Part shown: one piece after another, positions 1-10,600 of the stretch
Layout: the number at the start of each line of letters is the position of its first letter
How positions within the stretch are numbered: the first letter of the stretch is position 1
Assembly (NCBI GenBank): GCA_032718475.1
Contig: JAUCBJ010007536.1
Span: 1 to 45,279 of the forward strand
DNA from: Nemertoderma westbladi
Lineage: Eukaryota; Animalia; Xenacoelomorpha
Length of the DNA: 45,279 nucleotides
Reading direction: 5' to 3'
Translations under genes and position numbers: made by a program
Notes under the pieces: generated by a model
The model's input: the letters and a program-made list of their open reading frames with translations, nothing else
Told to the model about the DNA's origin: nothing
Databases searched by the model: none

Positions 1-3000
1 CAGGAAGGGGTTCTTTCCACTGCAACCCTTTTTGACAAGCAGATGGGAAAATAGATTTCCATGGGGCTGTAACCGGAGCTAATATGAAAAGTGGGTCAAA
101 AACTCGGGCTACTAGCTGTAATAGGGCTTGTTTGGAAGGTATCAATTGTGAGACGTAACTATAAACTGACGAAATATTAAACGCAATTGTGTCAGTGTCT
201 AAGTGCCAAATATGGCCTAAAACTCTTGCTGTATTACCTGAGTTTGTTTCCGGTAAACTTAACGTTTCTTGTAGGTATGTTTGAGTGTTACTATTATCTG
301 CTTGTTTGACTTGTGTACTGGCTCCATACTCTTCTTTGGAAGTTAATGTTTGCTGTTCAAATTCATTGAACATCTTTTGAAGTGCTGTATGATTCGTTGT
401 CCATCTGCGCATATTAAAATGACCTCGTTCTAATATGGATGTACAAGATTTCTGTAGTTCTAATCCTTCTTTTATTGAATATACGCCAGTACACATGTCA
501 TCTACTACTTTATCGTCTAATTTTTTAATTGCTGATATGTCTGCCTTTGATGCATTGGGAATCTCTATATTAAGGTGATGTTCTAGAATTGAACTGAGTA
601 TATTAGGGGAAGGTTTTAATCCAAATAGTGCTCTAGTGTGTCTGTAAGCCTGAATATTTAAATTATTTGGGTCTACGTTATCACAATCGTTAACCCATAA
701 GAAACGCAATACATTCCTATCGTGTGCCTCTATCTGACATTGCAAGAACGCATGTTTGATATCGGCTGTGACACCTATGGGATACATTCGCCATTTGATT
801 ACTACATGTGTTAATTTCGGCATTAAGTTTGGGCCAGCCTCTAGGCAGTCATTCAATGAGTAATCCGACTTTGTGGGACGATATGAGGCGTTAAACACTA
901 CTCTCAACTTAGTACTAACGCGTTCCTCCTTTAAAACACCGCTGTGAGGAATATAGTGAACGGCGCCACCTTGTGGTGTTTTATGAAATTCCACCTTTTC
1001 TATATAACCTCTAGTAAGATGGTCTTGTATTACTTCGTTATATCTACTAAGTATGTTTAATTTTTTAAGACGTGGAATTAATCGTTTTAAGTGACTTACA
1101 CATTGTGGAAAATTGTCCTTAAGATTGTTAGGAGAGAGTTTCCATGGCAATGAGACAGTATACAAACCATCTTTCATGATTATGTTTCCTAAAACCGGTG
1201 GTTTATTATCATGAATTTCGGCATTCGGTATTCCTATACTTTCTAAGGACCAAAATGTTTGAACTAGGTTCAGTAATTCTTTATATTCTTGTTCTTGGGT
1301 GTCTACACAGTCAGTGAGAGTTGTAATAGTGGGAGTTGTATCGCCTATAGATACATTATTGCTCAACACCTCGCTATGAATGGATTCTGTTACTGATACA
1401 TTTGCTCTGCCTGAAAGTAAGTAACCAAAACTACTTTGTAAGGCTACTAAGTCAGTTTCAGCAGACCTAATTACAGTACCATGCACAAAGTTCCAGTAGT
1501 AATCACTACCAATGAGTAAGTCAACAGTAAAACCATTATTTGAGTGTACCGGTAAGTTATGAGCTAAATCCGATGTTTGTAAATTTAGAATGGTTGCCCA
1601 ATTTTTATTAGGTATATTTGTGTGAAGTGGTTCACAAATCTCTTCGACAACAACTGCTGTAATTTGACTTAGATCTCCGTTGCGATGGAGTAAATTTAAT
1701 TGAACAACATCAAGCAACTCTGGCTCCGTTTTAGATTGTTTGTCCCTGAAACGCTTAATCAACATCAATTCCTGACCTATTATTTGTAATTGATTGTATG
1801 TTGAAAAATGTTGTGTTACAAATGTACGTGTACTTCCTCCATCAAATAATGAGTTTGTATTCGCGGCTTTATTATTGCCCAGTTTACACCTTATAACAGC
1901 TGTTTGAAGTAGAATAGGCTCGGATAGTTTGCTATGTACTTCTTGAGAAGTAGTAAACAAAATGTTGCTAGTGCTTGTTGCTATGTTATCGCTTTGAGTA
2001 ATGGGTGCATTACTTTCATGAAATGCTACATTAACTTGAGATACTGATTTCGGTGTTGTGCAAATTGCAGTGTGGTGGCCAAACTTTTTACATGTGAAAC
2101 AAGGTTTACTGCGCGAGCAGTTTTGTGAAATATGGTCTTTGCCCAAACAGATAAAGCACCTTCTTAGTGCAATAAGCTGTTTTTTTCGCTCTGCCACGTC
2201 TGGTACCATATGATATGATGAGGAATAATGTGATTCTTGACAGAATATACACTTTGGGGTGTGCGATAATGTCAACGGTGTTTGTGGCCTTGTCTTTGTA
2301 ATGCTGTAATGATGTGATGTAGGTTTACTAGTGTTTACAAATGTTGCTGCTGATGGTGTAATATTGAGTTTTGGTTTATTGTTTGCTAATGTAGGTGTGC
2401 GGTTTTGTTCGTGAAGTTCTTGTATAATTTCCTCAGTGTCCAATTGTCCTTTTATTGCAGTCATGAGAACCGATAGGTCGTCTATTTCATTGTTGTGGTC
2501 GCGCAATAGTCGTTCAGTGAGTTGGCGAGGCAGTGACCGTAGTATATCTGGTATAACAATGCGTTGGTATTCCTCAGTACCTACACCTAGTGTTTTTAAA
2601 GCTCGAATGTTCTGCATACAAATGTTATATATTTGTCTAAGTGATGATGATGACCCTAATCGAGAAGTAATTGACCGCAGTTCTTCAATATGACTTCTAA
2701 TAATTTTATTTTTATTTCCGAATTGTTGTTTCAAAATATCAAGAGCTATTTCGTAATTTTCACCAGCTACAGGAAGGCCTGCCACAATTTCTTTTGCTGC
2801 ACCTGTCAAACTTTGGACCAAGTACTGAAATTTTAGCACATCCGGTAGGCCAGATTCATGCACAGCTGATAGGAAGGCATCGTGCCATCCGAAATATTTC
2901 AAAGGATTGCCGTCAAAGGAAGGTGGATGTAATTTTCCCAAAACAGAACGAGCAAAATGACTACTTGACTCATAAGGAACATTGTGAGATGTATTTGATC

Positions 3001-3406
3001 CGGCAAAAGTAGAAAATGGACTTACTGGGTGACGAGAGGTAGCCCCTACTTGTACATTATGTCCTACATTACTGCCTACTATACCTACAGTAGGAGTAAG
3101 AGAAAGTTTCAGTTCAGAAATGGCGTTACACAGTCTAACCTCGTATTCTGCGCATGGAGCTGTATCATCTTCTACATGATATTCGTTTGAGAGACCCCAT
3201 ATTTGTTCATTGAGTTCATCCAACCGTGAGTTGAACTTTTCTAACGACTTGATGCGACTATTCTTCGTTGTATCGTCGAGACTGCCAATATCACCGATTG
3301 AATTGAGGACACGTGTTGCAGCAGCTCGTACTCCTCTTCGTGATCCTACATGTTGCTTTAATTCCTGTGATAGCTGGTCTTCACCAGCAGCGTTGTTTAT
3401 TGACAT
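1..3406 (-). CDS. BEL/Pao gag-pol polyprotein, duplicate copy (5' part; runs off the window edge)
   Basis: Matches 10119-13524. Start codon is CAT at 3404-3406 on the + strand. Missing from the ORF track because there is no stop inside the window. Confidence 0.93.
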   Translation of the reverse strand, partial: MSINNAAGEDQLSQELKQHVGSRRGVRAAATRVLNSIGDIGSLDDTTKNSRIKSLEKFNSRLDELNEQIWGLSNEYHVEDDTAPCAEYEVRLCNAISELKLSLTPTVGIVGSNVGHNVQVGATSRHPVSPFSTFAGSNTSHNVPYESSSHFARSVLGKLHPPSFDGNPLKYFGWHDAFLSAVHESGLPDVLKFQYLVQSLTGAAKEIVAGLPVAGENYEIALDILKQQFGNKNKIIRSHIEELRSITSRLGSSSSLRQIYNICMQNIRALKTLGVGTEEYQRIVIPDILRSLPRQLTERLLRDHNNEIDDLSVLMTAIKGQLDTEEIIQELHEQNRTPTLANNKPKLNITPSAATFVNTSKPTSHHYSITKTRPQTPLTLSHTPKCIFCQESHYSSSYHMVPDVAERKKQLIALRRCFICLGKDHISQNCSRSKPCFTCKKFGHHTAICTTPKSVSQVNVAFHESNAPITQSDNIATSTSNILFTTSQEVHSKLSEPILLQTAVIRCKLGNNKAANTNSLFDGGSTRTFVTQHFSTYNQLQIIGQELMLIKRFRDKQSKTEPELLDVVQLNLLHRNGDLSQITAVVVEEICEPLHTNIPNKNWATILNLQTSDLAHNLPVHSNNGFTVDLLIGSDYYWNFVHGTVIRSAETDLVALQSSFGYLLSGRANVSVTESIHSEVLSNNVSIGDTTPTITTLTDCVDTQEQEYKELLNLVQTFWSLESIGIPNAEIHDNKPPVLGNIIMKDGLYTVSLPWKLSPNNLKDNFPQCVSHLKRLIPRLKKLNILSRYNEVIQDHLTRGYIEKVEFHKTPQGGAVHYIPHSGVLKEERVSTKLRVVFNASYRPTKSDYSLNDCLEAGPNLMPKLTHVVIKWRMYPIGVTADIKHAFLQCQIEAHDRNVLRFLWVNDCDNVDPNNLNIQAYRHTRALFGLKPSPNILSSILEHHLNIEIPNASKADISAIKKLDDKVVDDMCTGVYSIKEGLELQKSCTSILERGHFNMRRWTTNHTALQKMFNEFEQQTLTSKEEYGASTQVKQADNSNTQTYLQETLSLPETNSGNTARVLGHIWHLDTDTIAFNISSVYSYVSQLIPSKQALLQLVARVFDPLFILAPVTAPWKSIFPSACQKGLQWKEPLP

Positions 3407-3591
3407 GGTAACTTGATGACTGTGAATTTTAGTGGTGATGGAACATCACGTTGTTCCCAATGAATATAGTGACTGAGTTTAGTTGATTATAGTACCCATA
3501 AAGTTTGTACTTACAACGCAACGTAGTAAGCAAATGAATTCACAAAAAAGTCACAGTAAATTGAAGTTAAAGTATTATTTATCGGGCGCCA

Positions 3592-3861
3592 TATTGGATA
3601 ACGCGAAAGCGATATCCATAAATGAAAACATTTATTGATGTAAAATCAACAAGGTACAATATATTGATGTAATAATAGGTAAAGATATGTTACTCACAAT
3701 AAGTACAACAGATATAGGAGTGCGGAATGTATAATGTGTAAATCAGCTGTTAGTACATAGTGTAGATTAGTGAACTGTACTAACCAAACACATTAATTGG
3801 CAATATAAGTACTAAAGATATAATTGGCAATATAAGGTCTAATATCATATTATTCTCTACA
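3592..3861 (-). repeat. 5' LTR of the duplicated BEL/Pao copy (270 bp), with PBS at 3582-3591
   Basis: Same sequence as 13710-13979. Followed on the minus strand by TGGCGCCCGA and flanked outside by CCTAA (3862-3866). Confidence 0.93.
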
Positions 3862-4759
3862 CCTAACCACCCTCGGAAAGAAGGAAACAAAATACACGAT
3901 TGAAACAAAGATTGGACCAGTCTCGAAGAAATGGAACCAGAAGCAGATGTGGGACAACATCTGTACTTTATCGACGTTCGTGAAACAACTGGAACAAGGC
4001 CAGAAGGATGCCCGCTCGATTGCTTCACCTTGTATTTTCTTCCGATACTTCCAATTCGCGTTAGAGGAACTATGCAAGCTTGTGCTTGAGAAGATGGAAA
4101 GAAGCGCTTTAAAAGCTGGGACCGTAGACAATGTCAGTAAGATAAAGGCCATGTGCAGCTTAACCGTTGAGGATTTAAAGTTCATGGTGACTGGTGATAA
4201 TACAAAGTGGAACGAGTATATTTCTGTTCTGGCCCTTTGCGTAATTCTAAATACGCTGTTCAAAAAGACGGACCCAAACTTACTCAAGGTTATAAAGACC
4301 ATGACTCTTACCTTAGAAAACTTATTCGAAAACAAAAGTTTAAAGCTGGGAGAGGGAATAGCAGTTAAGTTTCCGAACGGGAAACTCTTAAACTTACCAC
4401 TCTGCGTCCAGGCCCTACTAAGCTGCCCAGACATGAAAGAGGAATATCAAGACATCATTGTGGATGTGGACGTTGAGCATAACAGAGTCCGGCTCAAGCC
4501 AGGCATGGTAATCGGTATGCTAAATACTGGTTCGACACTAATAACGATGATCTGCAATTTCACCGAGATATTGCGCAAGATTCAAAGTAGTGACGACTAT
4601 GTCGGACTAATATGGTCCTCTGTCAAAGAAAGCAGGTTAAAGAACGTCCCAGAAGAGGGCGTTGGAGCTCCTGAAGGCGCAGACATAGGGGATGTTGTGC
4701 CCCTTGCGGAAATCGGTGTTGATGAGAACTATAATCTAATACAGTGTGCAGTTAAATGA
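3862..4759 (+). pseudogene. PB1: Endogenous orthomyxovirus-like (Articulavirales) PB1 RdRp core fragment, copy A
   Basis: ORF 3947-4759 shows motif F-like TFVKQLEQGQKDARSIASP, motif A TGDNTKWNE, FENKSLKLGEG, motif B PGMVIGMLNTGST and motif C QSSDD. These are colinear with influenza PB1 (TMTKDAERGKLKRRAIATP, TGDNTKWNE, FSNKMARLGKG, PGMMMGMFNMLST, QSSDD). Truncated before motifs D/E. Confidence 0.95.
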
Positions 4760-5090
4760 ATTGCCAAAATGCATGAATGCCAAAAACAATGCTCTTATTT
4801 TCTCTCACAAAGATCCTGTCCATATTTCTTAAAATTTACATGTAGTATAGAATCCTGTAATGAGTGGTTCATTGATAATAAGTCACGTCCAGTAATGGTC
4901 ATAAGATAGAAAATGAAAAGGAAGTTAAATATTTAGGTGCTGCTTTGGCTAACTGAGTATCCAGAGAAAGCATGGTGAAAAATATTTTCTAGAAAGTTAA
5001 CAGTAGACTTAAGTTTATATAGTTTATTTTATTTTTATTTTATTAATTTTTATATTTTCACTGACTCTAGCAAGTTGCGAAAGTCGGTGT

Positions 5091-6020
5091 TTAACCCAGT
5101 TAAGCCCAATGACTACATTTGTAGAAACATCATTTAATGCAATGCAACATGAGTTTTCCATAATGTAGGGACTTTTTAACGTCATTGTGTTTCTTTGGAC
5201 ATGTTGGAGAAGGATTCTTAATCCAAAAATTTTATTTTTTTATTTTATCATTTATTAATTTTTTTTGTTCGAAATTTTTGTTTTTTGCCAAAATTTAGGC
5301 CCTTCTATAATGAAAAATTGTTCAAATATAAAATAGCAAAAAATATTTGTTTTGGCATAAATCATAATGATAAATATATATTTTATCATTATTTGATTTA
5401 AAGAAATATAGCAATTGGTTATTTTTCCTATTTGAAATAATGCACTTTTTGCCAATGACCATATTTGTAGTCATTGGGCAGTATATGGGATATGGCATTT
5501 ATGGAATTTATGAAATTATGTGTAATTTGCCAATCCCAAACTTTGATTCCATCATACGATCTATGAAAATTAACCCCCCCCCCACACCTAGTTTATATAT
5601 TAAAACACTAGCACACTCCCATTTGTGCTGTAAAAATTGAGTCTGTTACAGGTACAGTACAAAAGTTACCGGTATAGGTTACTGTACATAATGTTGAACT
5701 GTAAAGTTTCAGAATACTAAGTACTGAATACAGCTACGAGTCTTGCAAAATTGACTGTTTTCTCGATTTTTATAAACAGAACATGAATACATCACGCTTT
5801 TATGGGAGTGGGAAACGTATTGGTTTCATAAAAATGGCCGCTGCCATTGAGGAGGCTGTGGATCCGAGTCCTATGGAGTTAGTAGATATTGTAATGATTG
5901 GGCCGCCTATTGGAGGTAATGAATGATGGTGATAATGAAAACATCGATGATGATGATCTTTTGGTTGCAGAGGGTTTACCTGTCGAAGTTGTAGCTGAAC
6001 ACGAAGTCCATACCAATGAT
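5091..6020 (+). mobile_element. piggyBac-like left end and decayed N-terminal transposase fragment, copy A
   Basis: TTAA|CCC at 5091. 14-bp inverted repeat GCCCAATGACTACA (5104-5117) / TGTAGTCATTGGGC (5466-5479). Frameshifted peptide ...VDIVMIGPP...DNENIDDDDLL..GLPVEVVAEHEV resembles the acidic N-terminus of PGBD2/3-type transposases. Confidence 0.5.
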
Positions 6021-6303
6021 AACTATGATCAATAACAATGATTGTAAAATGATTTAATAAACTGCGACTTACCGACTTGAGCTTTTATTCCCAACAGCCG
6101 GAGTAGCCCCCCCCCCCCCCCTGTTTTTTATTTACTCTATACCAGAATTTAATGAGGTTTTAACATCTGAAAACCGCTTAGCGATACCTCATTCAGTTCT
6201 CGAGTTATCGCTGTTTTTCTGTATGATGGTCTGCCAGTCAAATTGTAGACAGACAGACAAACTAGATTCCACCAAACCTTAAAACTGACATCGGAAATGA
6301 AAT

Positions 6304-6569
6304 AACGAACTGGTTCTGTAGTTGAGACAGCCTGTCTGCCTACTTAGCTGTATACCATCGTTGACTGCCCGAATACTGAATAACTGCTCGTCTCGGTACC
6401 GGTAACCAAGGCGACCGATAACCCCCTTGGGCCTACCTTATCGTCCCTACTACAGTTGGCATTGTTTATTTCTCGCCTTCGACGGAGTCGAGTTCCCCTT
6501 TCTCTGGGCTGAGATCACCTGTTCCAAGCGTCCCCGCGAGTTAGTTGTCGTCCTCGTGGTTTGGGCCGT
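6304..6569 (+). mobile_element. 5' fragment of the CRE-clade element, cut by the duplication breakpoint
   Basis: Matches 16421-16686 except for one substitution; sequence then switches abruptly to the PB1 N-terminal block. Confidence 0.85.
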
Positions 6570-6648
6570 ATATGTATGTGCCGTACTGTTATCAAAAAAG
6601 AAAGACAGGCATCTGGCTGTTATCTTTGTTAACTTTGTTGACTTCTTC

Positions 6649-7037
6649 AATACTCGTCTAGTGTTAAACACTGTGAAGCGATCTTTGAAATACAATGGCC
6701 TTAAAAACAGCCAAGATGGATATCATAGACATACCCCCCACCGCATCGTCAATAAACTCTCGCCTCGATTTGAAGCTTGTCAGAGGAGCAGCCGTAGACT
6801 TCAGAATGCGTGAAGGGATGAAGGAACAGCTTGACGATGTATCCAAGAAGTGGATACAGTGGATGCGGACTACGAAGGCTGATGTAATGCGGCTCGGACG
6901 GATGACCTACTCTCCATTCCTCGATACAAATATACGGGCGGCTGAGGAATATTTAGAGACAGCTACCTTCTTGGCAGAGAATAGCGAGCGAGTGGCTATT
7001 GGTCCGTCGCTAATGGACCATCTTCAAGCTACCCTAA
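6649..7037 (+). pseudogene. PB1: Endogenous PB1 N-terminal fragment (left half of the EVE split by the BEL element)
   Basis: ORF 6695-7084 has TTKADVMRLGRMTYSPFLDTNIRAAEEYLETATFL...SLMDHLQATL, comparable to influenza [35 protein letters not shown]...RLIDFLKDVM. Upstream, in a shifted frame, TRLVLNTVKRSLKYN resembles TGYTMDTVNRTHQYS. It joins in frame to 13985 once the BEL element is removed. Confidence 0.85.
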
Positions 7038-7306
7038 TATTAGATAACGCGAAAGCGATATCCATAAATGAAAACATTTATTGATGTAAAATCAACAAGG
7101 TACAATATATTGATGTAATAATAGGTAAGATATGTTACTCACAATAAGTACAACAGATATAGGAGTGCGGAATGTATAATGTGTAAATCAGCTGTTAGTA
7201 CATAGTGTAGATTAGTGAACTGTACTAACCAAACACATTAATTGGCAATATAAGTACTAAAGATATAATTGGCAATATAAGGTCTAATATCATATTATTC
7301 TCTACA
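7038..7306 (-). repeat. 3' LTR (269 bp)
   Basis: Direct repeat of 13710-13979 with one substitution (TATTAG vs TATTGG) and one 1-bp indel (GGTAAGAT vs GGTAAAGAT). Begins TGTAGAG on the minus strand. Confidence 0.95.
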
Positions 7307-7320
7307 CCGCCCCCTTGCTT
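7307..7320 (-). promoter_or_regulatory. Polypurine tract
   Basis: Minus strand AAGCAAGGGGGCGG lies immediately upstream of the 3' LTR. Confidence 0.8.
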
Positions 7321-7698
7321 TGTATAAAAAGCAACACACATACTGTACTACCATAAATAATAGAAATGGGGCAATGGGCCACGGTTGCTTCTGACAATAT
7401 GGGTAACAATAAAAAACAATAAAGATGTAAATAGTAAATAATACAGAACACAGCAATACGCGATATGTATTTTGTATTATAATATCGCTCATAAATTTGC
7501 AACCACCACCATTGCAATGCTGTTTATAATTAATTGAGTTTATAATAAATTAATCATACAAATCTAACACCGTATAAGCACGCTACGGTGTTAATAACGA
7601 GTTATGTGAATACAAGAAATACAATTTATATATACTACTGTACCTACTGTATATTAACCAACGTCACCCATGCCAAGACAAGATTCGGGTTGTTTGAG

Positions 7699-10600
7699 TT
7701 AAGTTTTGTAAAAACCAAGTATTTTGTTTTGTTTGGCGTTGCGGGGATGTTTTGATTGCAGAGTAGACTCAATTTTTTGTTTTACACTTGAATCAGTTCT
7801 TGGTTTAATCTTGTCCATGCTAATGGTTATATTTTCTAGTCCTGTTGGGTTTGGTGGAACTTCCAACGGGATTAAATGTTTAATAGAGCGAGTCAAATAT
7901 GTAGCCTCTTTGCCTCTTTTTGCTATTTTAATTCGTACTGAACGAATTTCACCATCTCTGCTTTCGAATAATTTGTCGACCCTGCAGATTTTCCACAAAC
8001 AACGGGGTAATTTTTTGTCACACAATAAGCAAATGTCGCCTATGGCGGGTTTGATCAAATTCAATTCAGACCGATTATTGGTGCGGTGGCTTTCGCGTAA
8101 CTCTTTTAAGTAGTGGTCACGCCAAAATTGCCAAAAGCAATTAGCCGCAATCTCTTGATATTTTTTTCTGTTTTTGAGGGTTTTTGCGGTTATTTCTAAA
8201 TTTTGGGATTTGACAAACGGGTGGGGTAATGCACAGAGCCTCTTCCCAACCAGGAAGTGACTTGGAGTAAGGACATCAAAACACTCTGTGTCGTCAGTAT
8301 GTATATAAGTCAGCGGCCTACTATTTACAACTCCTTCACAAGTTACAAGTAAGGTTGCAAATTCCTCATCTGTTAGTACAGCCCGTCCCATTACTTTACG
8401 TAGGTTGGATTTTACACTGACAACCAGCCCTTCTATGAAGCCATACGCAGATGGATACCTCTCAACATTGAACTTCCATTCAATTGATAAATTTCCGAAT
8501 GCGTGTTTAACTGCTTCACTATTTAATACTTTATTGTATAACACTAATTCTTGGGATGTTTTTTTAAATGTACTGGCATTGTCACTTAATATCAGTGATG
8601 GTATACCCCTACGGCTTATAAAACGTTGCAATGCTGATATAAATGACGTCACATGTAAACTTGGGACAAGTTCTAAGTGGATCGCCCTGGTTACTGCACA
8701 CGTCATTAGGGCGACATAAACTTTGGTGATACTACCTTGTGGGTCACTAAGTGTCCGTGTTACGTTTAGAGGACCGCAGAAATCGATTCCTACATTGGTA
8801 AATGGGGATGATTCTTCGGTTAATCGTTCTATTGGTAGTGGACTAATGTCAGGTGATTTATATGGCTTACCCTGTATTACTTTGCAACTAATACAGTTTC
8901 GTAGCACACGTTTGATGACTTGGCGACCACGAGGTAACCAATAGTTTTCCCTTAGCTGTGCGAGTGTGGCTCTAACGCGACCATGCATAACCTGTTCGTG
9001 GGCAGTGCGAATTATTAATACTGTATAGTGGTCATTTGCTGGAAGTAATATTGGATTTTGAGAATACCAAGATAGAAGTGGCGTCTTCGCCCTGCCCTTT
9101 GAACGAATAATCCCGCCACTATCGATGAACAAATTCAATTGATTTACTAACTTTGGGCACTTACCTTTTCCTTGTGTTAAATATTGGATGATAGGCATGT
9201 AATGTTGTGATTGTATATGTTTTATTAATAACATTTCTGAGGTTTGAATTTCCTTGGTTGTGACTGTATTATCTAGTATAAGTGCGTTACTTGTGCCTTT
9301 ACCTATTTTGGCTTTCACATTAGCAATGAATCTTAACACCCATCCCAATATACGAAGTGGTTGAAGTTTTGAACTATATTTCGTATAATCAATAACATTA
9401 GATATAGAACAGTTTTGTTGAGAAATTACAGTTGTGGTTTGTGTGATTATTAATGGGGCGTGTTTTACTTCTTTCAAACACTCGTTGGAAATTTCAGTGG
9501 TAATGGGACACTCTGGCCAGCTTTCCTCTCCACCAGAAAGAAGAAATTTCGGACCATGGAACCACAATTCCGAATTAATCAGTTTTTTTGTGCTGATTCC
9601 TCTTGTAGGAATATCAGCCGGATTATCATGACCTGGGCAATAGCGCCATCTAGCGTTCATTTTTTCTGTCAACACGTTTATACTTTGGACTATATTCTGT
9701 ACAAACTGTTTATATTGTTTATTGCCATGTAGCCAATACAGTACGTCGTGAGCATCAGTCCAAAGATAGACAGTGGAATCCTGTAACTGAAGCTCACTCA
9801 TGACATCATACGCTAAATATGAAAGTATATACGTTCCAAGCAGTTCCAGCTTGGGAGTGGAGGGCGGTTTATTACTTGCCTTTGATTGCGGGGTTACTTT
9901 AGTTCTACTTGTTACTAATGAAACACTGTAACTGTTATCTGTATATATCGCCCTAATATATATAACTGCTGCATACAGACGATCACTGGCGTCTGAGAAG
10001 CCATGTAATTCTACTTGATGAACTTGTTTATGAGTATCAAAGTAGTATCTTGGAATTGAAACTTGATCGAGAGTTCGTAAGTTGTCTAAACATCTGTGCC
10101 ATAATGTTAATAAATCGTCAGGAAGGGGTTCTTTCCACTGCAACCCTTTTTGACAAGCAGATGGGAAAATAGATTTCCATGGGGCTGTAACCGGAGCTAA
10201 TATGAAAAGTGGGTCAAAAACTCGGGCTACTAGCTGTAATAGGGCTTGTTTGGAAGGTATCAATTGTGAGACGTAACTATAAACTGACGAAATATTAAAC
10301 GCAATTGTGTCAGTGTCTAAGTGCCAAATATGGCCTAAAACTCTTGCTGTATTACCTGAGTTTGTTTCCGGTAAACTTAACGTTTCTTGTAGGTATGTTT
10401 GAGTGTTACTATTATCTGCTTGTTTGACTTGTGTACTGGCTCCATACTCTTCTTTGGAAGTTAATGTTTGCTGTTCAAATTCATTGAACATCTTTTGAAG
10501 TGCTGTATGATTCGTTGTCCATCTGCGCATATTAAAATGACCTCGTTCTAATATGGATGTACAAGATTTCTGTAGTTCTAATCCTTCTTTTATTGAATAT

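Noticed and set aside
3850-4434. 194-aa minus-strand ORF (and copy 13968-14552) as an ambisense viral gene
   Set aside because: It is an antisense shadow of PB1, has a non-ATG start, runs into the LTR, and has no motifs.
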